Source: a virus
DNA length: 64,000 bases
Reading direction: 5' to 3' (one strand)
IMG/VR virus record: IMGVR_UViG_3300036795_000211
Span: 1 to 64,000 of that record
Below, piece after piece: positions 35,098-44,316 of this stretch; positions within the stretch are counted from its first letter, which is position 1, and every line of letters begins with the position of its first letter. The position numbers were made by a program, and so were the translations under genes. Below the pieces are notes generated by a model. It saw nothing but the letters and a program-made list of their open reading frames with translations. It was not told the origin of the DNA and searched no databases.

Positions 35098-35126
35098 TTG
35101 ACACGCCGCCCGGCTGCATGTAGTCT
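35098..35126 (+). promoter_or_regulatory. SigA-type promoter
   Basis: TTGACA-17-TAGTCT. Confidence 0.7.
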
Positions 35127-35181
35127 TGAGAGGTGGGCAAGAGCCCACGACCCAGACACCCACGAGATGGGAAGGCACGAG

Positions 35182-35925
35182 ATGCCTACACACATCCGCC
35201 TGCCGCACAATGTCCCCGACACCCGGTCGAATGAGGCCAGCCCCAAGCAGATCGCGTTGCTGGAGCGCTTGATCGAAGAGCGCGAGATGACGGACGAGCA
35301 GGCGTCCTGGTACATCGACAGGATCTACCGGCACCGCAACCAGACAAACCCGTACCTCATCTCGAAGACCGAGATCAGCAAGTGGTTCGGCAAGCGCGAG
35401 CTCGGAACCGGCCTGTTTGGTCGGCCACTACGGACCGGGATGGTTCCGGACCACAAGAAGGCGTTCGTGGCCGAACCGTTCGGAACCCCGGTCCAGGACG
35501 TCGGAGAGCAGCACCTGGCAGTTCCGGCGAACTTCACCGAGGTCGCCCGTACCCGTCCCCGTCCGCCTGTTCAGCCAGTGCGTAACCGAGTGGCCGCCGA
35601 GGTTGGCGTGTACCGGCACAACGGTAAGGTGTACGTGGTCCGCAAGCGGCGGGGCCGCGAGTACCGTTACGCCACCGTCCTGGTCGAACTCGGCCTCCCG
35701 CGTTTGAACGAGCACGGCCAGACAGTTACCCACGATTTCGTGCAGGCGCACGGAATGCAGTACGAGCTCAGTGCCGAAGAGCGCATCACGGACGACGAGG
35801 AGATCAAGGCGCTGTGCATTCAGGTGGGCCGTTGCATCATGTGTAGCCACGCCATCTGGCAGGCCAAGTCGGTCGCGCGGATGATGGGAACCCGTTGCTA
35901 CAAGCGGGCGCACGGCCTGATCTGA
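35182..35925 (+). CDS. DUF6011-like zinc-finger protein
   Basis: C-terminal CIMCSHAI...SVARMMG.RC; N-terminal SPKQ...ASWYID motif. Confidence 0.7.
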   Translation: MPTHIRLPHNVPDTRSNEASPKQIALLERLIEEREMTDEQASWYIDRIYRHRNQTNPYLISKTEISKWFGKRELGTGLFGRPLRTGMVPDHKKAFVAEPFGTPVQDVGEQHLAVPANFTEVARTRPRPPVQPVRNRVAAEVGVYRHNGKVYVVRKRRGREYRYATVLVELGLPRLNEHGQTVTHDFVQAHGMQYELSAEERITDDEEIKALCIQVGRCIMCSHAIWQAKSVARMMGTRCYKRAHGLI

Positions 35926-35974
35926 ACCGAGAGCGTGAGGTGCCCCGGGGCCTACAACCCGGGGGCCTTGCGGT

Positions 35975-36102
35975 CCGGCTTCAAGGGAAAGTACGAAAGC
36001 TAGCGGGTCGGCCTGGCAAGCCGGTATAGTACCTCTCGCTGCCGAGCGAAACGTTCGCGCAATCGGTGGTCTACCGAGGGTCCCGTTTCCCCTTGAAGCC
36101 GG
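35975..36102 (+). ncRNA. candidate structured RNA
   Basis: Perfect 13-bp closing stem ccggcttcaaggg / cccttgaagccgg enclosing several hairpins. Confidence 0.45.
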
Positions 36103-36131
36103 TCCGGAAGGCCGAGAAGAAAGGAACACTG

Positions 36132-36671
36132 ATGCCTACACCCGGAGGTCTGCCGAAGCGAGGCGACCGCATGGAGAACGACATGTACCCGAACGTCCTA
36201 TTCGAGGTGATCGAGAGGACGTCACCGACCGTCCCGTTCATCGCGTGGATTCGCCGAGTCGACGGAAAGGAGCTCCCGCCGGGATTCGGCAGCAATCACA
36301 CCCGCAACAACCGCCGCGAGTGGTCGTTGCTCTGGGAGACATCGGAGATGCCCGGAAAGTGGCACTTCTCCGATGCAATTCCGCCACGAGTGATTCCGCT
36401 GGAGGAGAAGAAGAACGTCACGATGGTGACCGGTCCGCCGCAGTTCACGGTGTCGATCACCGAACGCGAGGAGTACTTCTCCTTTCAGCCGCAGCGTCGC
36501 ATCCCGACCATTGCCTCCCGCGCCAACTGGGAGGACTACATGGACTCGCACAACACGCCGGCCGCAGCGTACGAGGCCTGTGACCGGTCGCAGAAAGCGT
36601 TCGGCGAGAACGTAGAGTGGCGCGTGGTGCTCAAGCGTACGACGGTCGATGTCGTACACCGCACCAGTTAA
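36132..36671 (+). CDS. hypothetical protein
   Basis: SD gaaagga; ATG at 36132. Confidence 0.7.
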   Translation: MPTPGGLPKRGDRMENDMYPNVLFEVIERTSPTVPFIAWIRRVDGKELPPGFGSNHTRNNRREWSLLWETSEMPGKWHFSDAIPPRVIPLEEKKNVTMVTGPPQFTVSITEREEYFSFQPQRRIPTIASRANWEDYMDSHNTPAAAYEACDRSQKAFGENVEWRVVLKRTTVDVVHRTS

Positions 36672-36689
36672 ACCAGCCCCTGGTTCCCG

Positions 36690-36719
36690 TTGACAAGCCC
36701 CGTCCACATCGGATAGGCT
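36690..36719 (+). promoter_or_regulatory. SigA-type promoter
   Basis: TTGACA-18-TAGGCT. Confidence 0.7.
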
Positions 36720-36766
36720 GGTGTCCAGAGCACCAGTTATCGCCCACCACAGGAGGCACTACCCAG

Positions 36767-37624
36767 ATGGTTACCGTCAAGGAGCAGCTGGCCGAGAAGA
36801 AGAGGCTCGCTGCTGAGGCCGAGGCAACCCCGGCCGCCAAGCCCGCCCGCAAGACCCGGTCCGCGAAGGCCGCGACCACCGAGACCGCACCGGCCGCGAA
36901 GACCAAGACCCGTTCCGCCAAGGCCAAGGCCGCCCCGGCGAAGGAGACCGAGGCCCCGGCCGCCAAGCCCAAGCTGACGGACGAGGAGAAGCAGGCCCGC
37001 AAGGAGGCCGCATTCGCCAAGCTCAAGGCCGCCGCAGCGGTCAAGCGTGAGGAGAAGCGGAAGGCCATCGCCGCGGCCCTGGTCCAGACCAAGAAGTCGC
37101 TCAAGAAGGGTGCGAAGCTGTACCTCACCCGGGCCAGTTACTACGGCTGCAAGGTCGTGGTCGTGGGCTCCGAGGAGGTCCGGGGCCGCATCCTCGTCAC
37201 CGTCCGGCTCGTGACCAAGAAGGACGGCACCGAGCCCTGGCCGATCGAGAACGACACCCGCCGGGTCAGCCCCGACTTCCTGCAGGCCGAGAAGCCCGGC
37301 CCCCGCGAGAAGCGCGAGAGCAAGAAGCAGCGGGAGCGTCGCGAGGCGCGGGAGGCCAAGGCCGAGGCGAAGGGCAGCAAGCGCCGGTCCAAGAAGGCCG
37401 CCGATGAGGCCGAGGCGGAGGACGAGAGCGAGGACCTGGAGGACGAGCTCGAGGTCGAGGATGAGGACGAAGAGGACCTCGAGGAGGACGACACCGAGGA
37501 CGAGGAAGACGAAGAGGTGGACGAGCCCGAGGAGGCCGATGACGAGGCCGACACGGATGAGGACGATGACGAAGAGGAGGACGACGACGACGAAGAGGAC
37601 GATGAGGACTCCTGGGAGGAGTAA
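36767..37624 (+). CDS. histone-H1-like / SH3-like / polyacidic-tail protein
   Basis: PAAK-type repeats, small beta core, ~73-aa D/E tail; SD aggagg; near-pure GC3. Confidence 0.85.
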   Translation: MVTVKEQLAEKKRLAAEAEATPAAKPARKTRSAKAATTETAPAAKTKTRSAKAKAAPAKETEAPAAKPKLTDEEKQARKEAAFAKLKAAAAVKREEKRKAIAAALVQTKKSLKKGAKLYLTRASYYGCKVVVVGSEEVRGRILVTVRLVTKKDGTEPWPIENDTRRVSPDFLQAEKPGPREKRESKKQRERREAREAKAEAKGSKRRSKKAADEAEAEDESEDLEDELEVEDEDEEDLEEDDTEDEEDEEVDEPEEADDEADTDEDDDEEEDDDDEEDDEDSWEE

Positions 37625-37636
37625 CCTCTAATCCCC

Positions 37637-37678
37637 TGCCGGGGGCCGGTCGCGATGACCGGCCCTTTCGGCATCTTT
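37637..37678 (+). terminator. intrinsic terminator
   Basis: gggccggtc / gaccggccc stem followed by tcttt. Confidence 0.65.
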
Positions 37679-37697
37679 GCCGGAAAGGAGAATCGGA

Positions 37698-38132
37698 ATG
37701 GCGAATCGGACTACAACCCGGCCACTTGCGCCGATCGAAAAGAAGGCGGTCGCCGGTCCAACGGCCGCAGTTCTCGGCGGTTACATCGTGTGGCTCGTAT
37801 TCACGATCTGGCCCAACCTCAAGACATACGTCACGCCCGAAGCGGCGGCGCAGATGCCGGTCGTGGTCGGAGGCATCCTGGCCGCCCTTGCGGCATACGT
37901 GGCACCGCACACCTCGCGACCCGACCTACCTTCGGTACAACCCGCCCCAGCTCAGGCACTCGGCGGACAAGGTGGACAATCGTCCTTCCGAAGCGGAACC
38001 GGCCAAACGCACATCGTCGTACACGGTGGTGACCCGGTAAGTCCGTCCGGCGGTGCCGGTGGAGGTGGGGTCCCCCTGCGTCCGGGTCCCGATTCGACAC
38101 CGGAAGCTGGCGGGGCCTGGCCGGCGGAATGA
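37698..38132 (+). CDS. holin-like two-TM protein
   Basis: IEKKAVA...AAYVAPHTSRPDL pattern of actinophage holins. Confidence 0.65.
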   Translation: MANRTTTRPLAPIEKKAVAGPTAAVLGGYIVWLVFTIWPNLKTYVTPEAAAQMPVVVGGILAALAAYVAPHTSRPDLPSVQPAPAQALGGQGGQSSFRSGTGQTHIVVHGGDPVSPSGGAGGGGVPLRPGPDSTPEAGGAWPAE

Positions 38133-39478
38133 AGCCCGACGTACACCAGGAGAAGGCAATCGACCTGTTCGTCGCCAATCGAACGTTCGGTTGCTTTGAC
38201 GTGCCGGGGAGCGGTAAGACAGCTATTGCGATTAACGCACTTGATCGCTTGGGCCGCTTCCCGGCAGTGATTACCGCTCCGGCGCACCTCGTTCCGCAAT
38301 GGCGACAGCAGTTCATCGACTGGGGCTTTCCGGAGGACGAGATCGCGTACACCCCGCGCGGATGCGGTCCGGAACATCGACTCGACGTGCTGTTTAGCGA
38401 CGCTGCCTTTAAAGTGGTGTCGTACGACATGTGGGCAACGGATCGCTATCGGAAGTACCTCCTCGATCGGGAGTACGAAGCATACGTATTCGATGAAGCA
38501 CACCGTCTGAGGCGCGGGGGACGGAGGAAGCGACGATCCGTTGAAGGTGGCGCGTACAAGGCCGTGAAGTGGCTGCGGACGAAGACCCGTTCGAAGCACA
38601 TGAACACGCCGGTCTGGTGGCTCACCGGTACCCCGATAATCAAGGACGCGACCGACGTCTGGCCGTTCCTCGCAATGGCGAATCCGTATCGCTTCACCTC
38701 CCGCGAACGCTTTGCACAGGACACGTGCTATACGTCGTATTCACCGTACGGTCTCGTGATCGGTAAGGTGAAGGAGCCCGAGAAGTTCCAGCGGCTACTC
38801 GGAAAGTATTCGATCCGCCGCACCTGGTCCGACATTCCGGAGCTCGCCGATCTGTCGATTCGACATATCGAGGTACCGGTGGAGCTCGCACCGCGTGAGC
38901 TGCATCGTCACCGAACGATAAAGCAGGACTATCGTGATCCGCTTACCGGCGAACCGCTGTTCTCGTCCGGGTCGATGGTCCGTGCTCTCCGACAATTGAC
39001 CGTACCAGCCAAACTAGACGCACTGTCCGAGGTGCTGGAGGACCACCCCGGACGCTGGTTGCTCCTCGCTTGGTACAAGAAGAGCGCGAGGGACATTGAA
39101 GCGCTGGTCAAGAAGACCGGTCGTCCTGTCGGGTACATCGACGGAACGGTGAAGGAGCGTGATCGTCAGGAAGCATTCAAGCTATACCGACGTAATCCGC
39201 AGGCCGTAATGGTCGCGACGATCGGATCGACGAAGGAGGGATTCGACGGCCTGCAGGTGGGCAACCAGGTCGGGTTCGTCGAACAGCACTACCTATCCGA
39301 AGACAACGCGCAGGCGTTTGGCCGCCTCCTGCGGCGCGGGCAGGGCCAGCCCGTACTCGCTTACTGGTTCTATGCTCGCAGGTCATTCGACATGCGCGTT
39401 CGTCGAGTAGCACTAAACCGGGGAAAGGGTATCGCCGAAGCACTCGGTGAGTACCTCGAAGAGGAGGAATGGGAATGA
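38129..39478 (+). CDS. SNF2-like (SF2) helicase
   Basis: PGSGKT, DEAH, LTGTP and QAFGRLLRRGQ motifs. Confidence 0.9.
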   Translation: MKPDVHQEKAIDLFVANRTFGCFDVPGSGKTAIAINALDRLGRFPAVITAPAHLVPQWRQQFIDWGFPEDEIAYTPRGCGPEHRLDVLFSDAAFKVVSYDMWATDRYRKYLLDREYEAYVFDEAHRLRRGGRRKRRSVEGGAYKAVKWLRTKTRSKHMNTPVWWLTGTPIIKDATDVWPFLAMANPYRFTSRERFAQDTCYTSYSPYGLVIGKVKEPEKFQRLLGKYSIRRTWSDIPELADLSIRHIEVPVELAPRELHRHRTIKQDYRDPLTGEPLFSSGSMVRALRQLTVPAKLDALSEVLEDHPGRWLLLAWYKKSARDIEALVKKTGRPVGYIDGTVKERDRQEAFKLYRRNPQAVMVATIGSTKEGFDGLQVGNQVGFVEQHYLSEDNAQAFGRLLRRGQGQPVLAYWFYARRSFDMRVRRVALNRGKGIAEALGEYLEEEEWE

Positions 39479-39660
39479 GGTACCGCATCGCAAAATGGAA
39501 GGACGCACTGATTCGCAAGGTCGTGTGGCACCTACCGCGCCGAGTCGTGATGTGGAGCTACATTCGGGTAGCCGCTCACGCAACTACCGGTAAGTTCGGT
39601 GACACGGTCGTACCGGAGCTGTCGATGATGGACGCACTCAAACGATGGGACGAACGATGA
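39475..39660 (+). CDS. hypothetical protein
   Basis: ATGA coupling at both ends. Confidence 0.65.
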   Translation: MRYRIAKWKDALIRKVVWHLPRRVVMWSYIRVAAHATTGKFGDTVVPELSMMDALKRWDER

Positions 39661-40265
39661 ATGACATCGCACATCGTACGGAGAACGACAACGACCTGCA
39701 CGGTGACCCCGACGCGACGCACTGGGCCGAACGCTTTATCGCCGTTCGCAAGGAGATCCGATTTCAGAAGCTGCGGGATATCGCGGACGACGAAGGTGCG
39801 ATGCTAGCGTGGTTCGCCGGAGCAATCGAGACCGGCCGAATGGCGGAACACGAACTGTTCGACCGCCCTTTCGGCTCCGATGCGCCGTCGGACGGGGACA
39901 CTGCCGAAGTCCCTGCTGGTGATCGTCCGGAGTATATCACCTTCTTCGATGCGTTCAGCGGATGGGCGCACCTGCAGGAGCTCTGGCCGGAGAACGGACA
40001 GTGGTGTCGACGACACTGGTCTCCGTGTCCGGCAGGCGGTTACAACGGAATCGGCGCAGCGGTCGCAATGATGGAAGCGTTCGCACAGGACAGCGAGTTG
40101 TCCGGAGATGCACTTACGCCCGAAGGACTCAATCGGTCACTACTGCGGGTCGTAAAGGAGCACGGCGCAATCTGCTGCGCTCTCGGCGACCAAGAGATGT
40201 ACCGTATCTGGCAGGACTGGCCCGGCGCAACGAAGCTACCGGGCCAGGTAGACGCTTCCGAATAG
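39657..40265 (+). CDS. hypothetical protein
   Basis: DATHWAERF...WFAGAIETG motif. Confidence 0.7.
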   Translation: MNDIAHRTENDNDLHGDPDATHWAERFIAVRKEIRFQKLRDIADDEGAMLAWFAGAIETGRMAEHELFDRPFGSDAPSDGDTAEVPAGDRPEYITFFDAFSGWAHLQELWPENGQWCRRHWSPCPAGGYNGIGAAVAMMEAFAQDSELSGDALTPEGLNRSLLRVVKEHGAICCALGDQEMYRIWQDWPGATKLPGQVDASE

Positions 40266-40275
40266 GAGAGAGAAC

Positions 40276-40872
40276 ATGCCACTCGCAGGAACGAACATTC
40301 CGAAGGCCGTCCGTGCCGGTGACTTCTTCTGCGTGCAGGGCTCATCGAGCTCCGGACGGTGGATTAAAGGCGCCGAGATCATCGACGACGCTTCACCCGA
40401 TGCTGCCGAGTTCCAGCACGCCGGAATCGTCACAAAGGTTACGTGGCCGACCGCCGGAGTCCCGAACGTCACGATTCTCGAAGCCGAAGGTGACGGCGCA
40501 ATCGAGACTGCGTACCACTACGACGGTGCGCATATAATTTGGTCGACCGGCGCAATCGTGCCGTCCGCGGTTCAGCGTCCGAACATCGTGGCAGGCGCAC
40601 TCACGCTAAAGGGTGCGAAGTACGGCTATCTCGATTACGCAGCGCTTGGGCTGCATCACTACCACGTCGACATCCCCGGCCTTCGTGCTTACATCGGCTG
40701 GTCGAAGCGGCTCATCTGCTCGCAGCTCGTAGACCGGGCATACGAACTCGGCGATTACCATCTGTTCGTCAAGCCGCCACGCTGGAACGGCTACGTAAAG
40801 CCCTCCGATCTGTCGCAGCTGCTGATCAATCTTGGCGTAACGGCACTCGGGCCGGCCCACGACAGTTGGTGA
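40276..40872 (+). CDS. permuted papain-like NlpC/P60 (YiiX/YebB-like) hydrolase
   Basis: GDFF...HAGIV...G.KY...LICSQLVDRAY...PSDL. Confidence 0.8.
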   Translation: MPLAGTNIPKAVRAGDFFCVQGSSSSGRWIKGAEIIDDASPDAAEFQHAGIVTKVTWPTAGVPNVTILEAEGDGAIETAYHYDGAHIIWSTGAIVPSAVQRPNIVAGALTLKGAKYGYLDYAALGLHHYHVDIPGLRAYIGWSKRLICSQLVDRAYELGDYHLFVKPPRWNGYVKPSDLSQLLINLGVTALGPAHDSW

Positions 40873-40873
40873 G

Positions 40874-40902
40874 TTGACATGCCTGTAGTTTCGGTATAGA
40901 CT
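40874..40902 (+). promoter_or_regulatory. SigA-type promoter
   Basis: TTGACA-17-TAGACT. Confidence 0.7.
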
Positions 40903-40923
40903 GGGATCTGAGGAGGCATCTAT

Positions 40924-42156
40924 ATGGCCGAGGAAGTCACTTACCCGCCGCGCTGGAAGCCGCGTCCGCCGGCACGGTTGCCCGGGGTGAACGGTAAGGC
41001 ACCGTTCGAGATCACCGTGAACGAGCTAAACTCGTACCTCCACTGTCGCCGACAGTGGCACATTACATCCGCAAACCGACAGTCGCTGCTGAAGATCGGC
41101 GCTCCGACCCCCGCGCTGCACATCGGGTCCGCATTCCACTATGCAACGGCGATGCACTCGCATCACGGACAGGACCCCGAGCAGGCCGTTCGCGAGTTCT
41201 TCTCCGACTCGATTGAGCGACTCCAGGCGCAGTACCTGCAGCGCGTCGGCGCCTATATGTCGACACAGGAGCTCAACCTGATCGACGAGCAGCGAATGAT
41301 GGCGCTGCACCTCATCCGTGTCTACTACGAACGTCACGGGCTCAAGAACCCGATCCGACCGTTCAAGCACATCGCGTCCGAGGTTACCTTTCGCTTGCCG
41401 CTCGTCAAGGAATACGACGTGTGGCTCGTTGGCACGATCGACGAGATCGGTATTGATCCGGACGGAAATCCGGTGCCGATTGAGCGAAAGACCTACACGC
41501 GGAAGCCGGACAAGAAGAACTGGCGGTTCAACCACCAGATCTACGGTTACGCGTGCGCGCTCAGCATCCTTACCGGCAAGCCGGTTAACTACGCGGCATA
41601 TGACGGCATCCGCAAGAAGGAGCCGACCGTCCCGCAGCTCTTGAAGTCCGGTGAGCTGTCCCGCAAGTGGATCGACACCACCTACGACGTGTACAAAGGG
41701 GCGGTGCTGGCCACCTATCACGGTGAGGTCCCGATCGAGTTCCTCGACATCCTGAACCGCCTTCAGGCGCGGGACCAGGGACCTGAGAACGCGTTCACGC
41801 ACCGCTTCCGCATTCCGATCTCCCGGTACGCGATGTCGAAGTGGTGGGACGACGCGCAGGCCGTTGCGATGGAGGCCTCGCACCAGCCACGGATCATTCC
41901 GAACTTCGAGTGGCAGGGCTGCCCGATGTGTCGGCAGAAGGACCTGTGCCACGCGATTCAGGCCGGTGACCGTAACGCGCAGACCGAGATCATCCGTTCC
42001 GAGTATCGGAAGGGTACGACGCCGACCATTACCACCGTTCGTTCCGGCGTTCCGATAGCGGAGAAGCGGGTCAAGGACGTCAGCCAACTGGCGAAGTACA
42101 GCCAGGTGTCGATGGGCCACGATCCGGACTACACCACGGAGGTCGTTCCGTCATGA
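40924..42156 (+). CDS. Cas4/RecB-like PD-(D/E)xK exonuclease
   Basis: C.RQW, GSAFH, GTID...IERKT, QIYGY, CPMC...C. Confidence 0.85.
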   Translation: MAEEVTYPPRWKPRPPARLPGVNGKAPFEITVNELNSYLHCRRQWHITSANRQSLLKIGAPTPALHIGSAFHYATAMHSHHGQDPEQAVREFFSDSIERLQAQYLQRVGAYMSTQELNLIDEQRMMALHLIRVYYERHGLKNPIRPFKHIASEVTFRLPLVKEYDVWLVGTIDEIGIDPDGNPVPIERKTYTRKPDKKNWRFNHQIYGYACALSILTGKPVNYAAYDGIRKKEPTVPQLLKSGELSRKWIDTTYDVYKGAVLATYHGEVPIEFLDILNRLQARDQGPENAFTHRFRIPISRYAMSKWWDDAQAVAMEASHQPRIIPNFEWQGCPMCRQKDLCHAIQAGDRNAQTEIIRSEYRKGTTPTITTVRSGVPIAEKRVKDVSQLAKYSQVSMGHDPDYTTEVVPS

Positions 42157-42380
42157 GGAAGCTCGATTTCGAAGGCGATTGGCGTCAGCAGCTTCGCGAT
42201 CTAATCGACCCACTTCTCGAGAAGGGTGCGAATCGCGAGACCGTTGACTTCGAGACCTCCCGCGTTTTCGGCATTCAGCTCGGACAAGGCGGACAAGGTC
42301 CGAACCCCGTCCCGGAGTGCAAGTACTGCGGGGCATACGGAGGCGGAGGCCACGGCGGCTTCTGTCCGAACGGAGGATGA
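42153..42380 (+). CDS. small zinc-binding protein
   Basis: CKYCG...H...CP. Confidence 0.6.
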   Translation: MRKLDFEGDWRQQLRDLIDPLLEKGANRETVDFETSRVFGIQLGQGGQGPNPVPECKYCGAYGGGGHGGFCPNGG

Positions 42381-42381
42381 A

Positions 42382-42624
42382 GTGGCAACTGAACTGGTCC
42401 GACACGCATTCGAGTTCGCGCACGAGGCTCCCGACCTCTCGCAGCTACCGCCGGGAGGTCACTTCGACGTGGAGATCGTCAAGGTCGAGCTGCGTCAGGA
42501 CCGCGCTACCGGGCAGCTCATCGTTACCGAGATCGCGCGGATCATCCGTGCACGGGACGCGGGAGGCCAAGTGATCGAGTGGCCGCCGAAGCAGGGGATG
42601 CCGTACACGTCGAGGACCGAATGA
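42382..42624 (+). CDS. hypothetical protein
   Basis: GTG start after ggagg. Confidence 0.55.
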   Translation: MATELVRHAFEFAHEAPDLSQLPPGGHFDVEIVKVELRQDRATGQLIVTEIARIIRARDAGGQVIEWPPKQGMPYTSRTE

Positions 42625-42893
42625 AGTACCGCTTCCGAGGCGGTCCGCTTGACGGCCAGGACTGGGACGTTACTCGCGACGCTGACGGTTTTCTTCCGTA
42701 CCACATCTGCGCACTACAACCGATGTCGCTCCCGGTGCCGACCGAGCTCACACCCGCCGTCTCGACCCCCGACGTGCGTGAACCGGTCACGTACACCCTC
42801 GGCAAGCTGGTCACCGGCGAGTACGTGTACACGTGTCGTCCCGAAGACCTCGCAGAAATCTTCGGTAGCGGCAGCTCAGGACCGCCGGAGTAG
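42621..42893 (+). CDS. GGPLDG-family small protein
   Basis: FRGGPLDG; related to 56492-57004. Confidence 0.65.
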   Translation: MKYRFRGGPLDGQDWDVTRDADGFLPYHICALQPMSLPVPTELTPAVSTPDVREPVTYTLGKLVTGEYVYTCRPEDLAEIFGSGSSGPPE

Positions 42894-42894
42894 C

Positions 42895-42923
42895 TTGCCG
42901 TCCGGACCGGCATCGTCTATACT
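42895..42923 (+). promoter_or_regulatory. SigA-type promoter
   Basis: TTGCCG-17-TATACT. Confidence 0.65.
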
Positions 42924-42952
42924 CAGAGGGTAGTCAAGCAACCGCGAAGGAG

Positions 42953-43213
42953 GTGAGTGCAGTGCGAGTTTGGATTCCGTGGCCCGTCTGGGTGCTGATC
43001 ATCGTGTTCGGCATCCCGTTGTACCTGATCTGGGCGTGTATCGCGACCGGCGTATTTATTGTCGTGTCGCTGATCGCGTGGGCCGTGTCCCGCTCGTGGC
43101 GTCGGGGACTTCGGATCGGCGGACTTACCTTCGCCGCGATGATTGCTCCCGGTCACATGACTAGGGCGCACAACGACCGCAACCGTGTCGTCAACGTAAG
43201 GGTCGTAGCATGA
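42953..43213 (+). CDS. membrane protein
   Basis: Long hydrophobic stretch. Confidence 0.6.
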   Translation: MSAVRVWIPWPVWVLIIVFGIPLYLIWACIATGVFIVVSLIAWAVSRSWRRGLRIGGLTFAAMIAPGHMTRAHNDRNRVVNVRVVA

Positions 43214-43458
43214 GATTGCGTGACCGGTTCCGTCTCGTCGTAACGTGGGATCCGATGCCCGAATTCCACGCCTGCCCGGCCTGCCAAGGTCGGTGCTATA
43301 TGCGATCAGTGACAGACGGAACCGGTCACCAGTATCTGATCCCGGTGTGGCCGGGGAACCGGCACAAGGCCTGCTTCCCGTGTCACGCATGCAAAGGGAA
43401 GGGATCGGTTCCGACCATCGGATCGGACAACCGGATCCTCGAGAAGAAAGGCTTCTAA
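43210..43458 (+). CDS. DnaJ-type zinc-finger small protein
   Basis: CPACQG...CHACKGKG. Confidence 0.6.
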   Translation: MRLRDRFRLVVTWDPMPEFHACPACQGRCYMRSVTDGTGHQYLIPVWPGNRHKACFPCHACKGKGSVPTIGSDNRILEKKGF

Positions 43459-43459
43459 C

Positions 43460-43732
43460 ATGGCGCTGGACCAACGAGAGCTGATTATCGCATTCACCTC
43501 CGTGCAGTTCTGCGCTCAGCCGGAGATCTATCCGATATGGCAAGCGTTCAACCGTGCGGTCCTGAAGGAGTCATTCGGTGACGAGGCCATCGAGATGCCG
43601 AGTCGCGAAGAGCTCGTGGCGGCAGCAGCTACGCTAATGCGGGCGATCTTCGAGTTGCTAACGCCGGGAGAGCGCGACTCGGTCTTCACGGAAGCCGCGA
43701 AGATAGTTAACAGGAGGAGGCAGACCCGATGA
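43460..43732 (+). CDS. hypothetical protein
   Basis: Packed ORF. Confidence 0.65.
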   Translation: MALDQRELIIAFTSVQFCAQPEIYPIWQAFNRAVLKESFGDEAIEMPSREELVAAAATLMRAIFELLTPGERDSVFTEAAKIVNRRRQTR

Positions 43733-44316
43733 GCGCTGTTGTAGTCCTCGCATTCGCCAAGCGTGCGGAGGCCGCGAGGTTCGTAAAGGCGATGTACGCC
43801 GAAGACCCGAGTGCGGGTGAAATCGGCGATGCAGTGTTCGCGTCGGAGGTCGCGGCAACGATAGCGCGTCCCGATTACTGGTGTACCTGCGAAGGACAGC
43901 AGGACCCCGGCGGAACTCGCAAGGCGAGGCGCGGGAGACCGAAGCGTGAGCTCGGATGGACGCGCGATGAAAAGACCGGAATGTTCGTGTGCGTACATTG
44001 CGGTAAGCCGGCAAAGGCGACCGTGATCCACTTCATCTCGTCCATGCTGATCGGCTCGAAGGACATGACGCCGCAGATCCTCGGTACCGGCGAGGCAACG
44101 ACGCTATTCGAGCAGCGCGTGATGGAAGCGGTCACGAACGCTATTGCCGAAGGACACGAGCCCGATATCGACACCCTCACGTCGTTCGAGCGCACGCACC
44201 TTGCGCATACGCCGAACGGACTTGCCGATCCGACACACGGTGGCACCGGCCTGTCGTCCACCGGAACGCCACGCAGCATCAACCGCAAGCGAAAGGAAAG
44301 GCCGCGTCGTGGCTGA
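43729..44316 (+). CDS. zinc-binding hypothetical protein
   Basis: CTC...CVHCGKP. Confidence 0.7.
   Translation: MSAVVVLAFAKRAEAARFVKAMYAEDPSAGEIGDAVFASEVAATIARPDYWCTCEGQQDPGGTRKARRGRPKRELGWTRDEKTGMFVCVHCGKPAKATVIHFISSMLIGSKDMTPQILGTGEATTLFEQRVMEAVTNAIAEGHEPDIDTLTSFERTHLAHTPNGLADPTHGGTGLSSTGTPRSINRKRKERPRRG

Noticed and set aside
35989-36003. AGTACGAAAG resembling the sarcin-ricin loop
   Set aside because: Lacks the following GA and the flanking helix; too short to support.
37141-37674. Ser-rich 177-aa minus-strand ORF (and a similar Ser-rich ORF at 17567-18124)
   Set aside because: Antisense shadow of Asp/Glu codon runs in real genes.
41026-42120. Long antisense ORFs (41026-42120, 24745-25797, 28016-28933, 58789-59664, 52722-53594)
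   Set aside because: They overlap well-supported genes on the other strand and are typical high-GC shadow ORFs with no motifs.
40924-42156. Cas4-like protein as evidence of a CRISPR system
   Set aside because: Solo Cas4/RecB-like exonucleases are routine phage recombination genes; there are no other cas genes.
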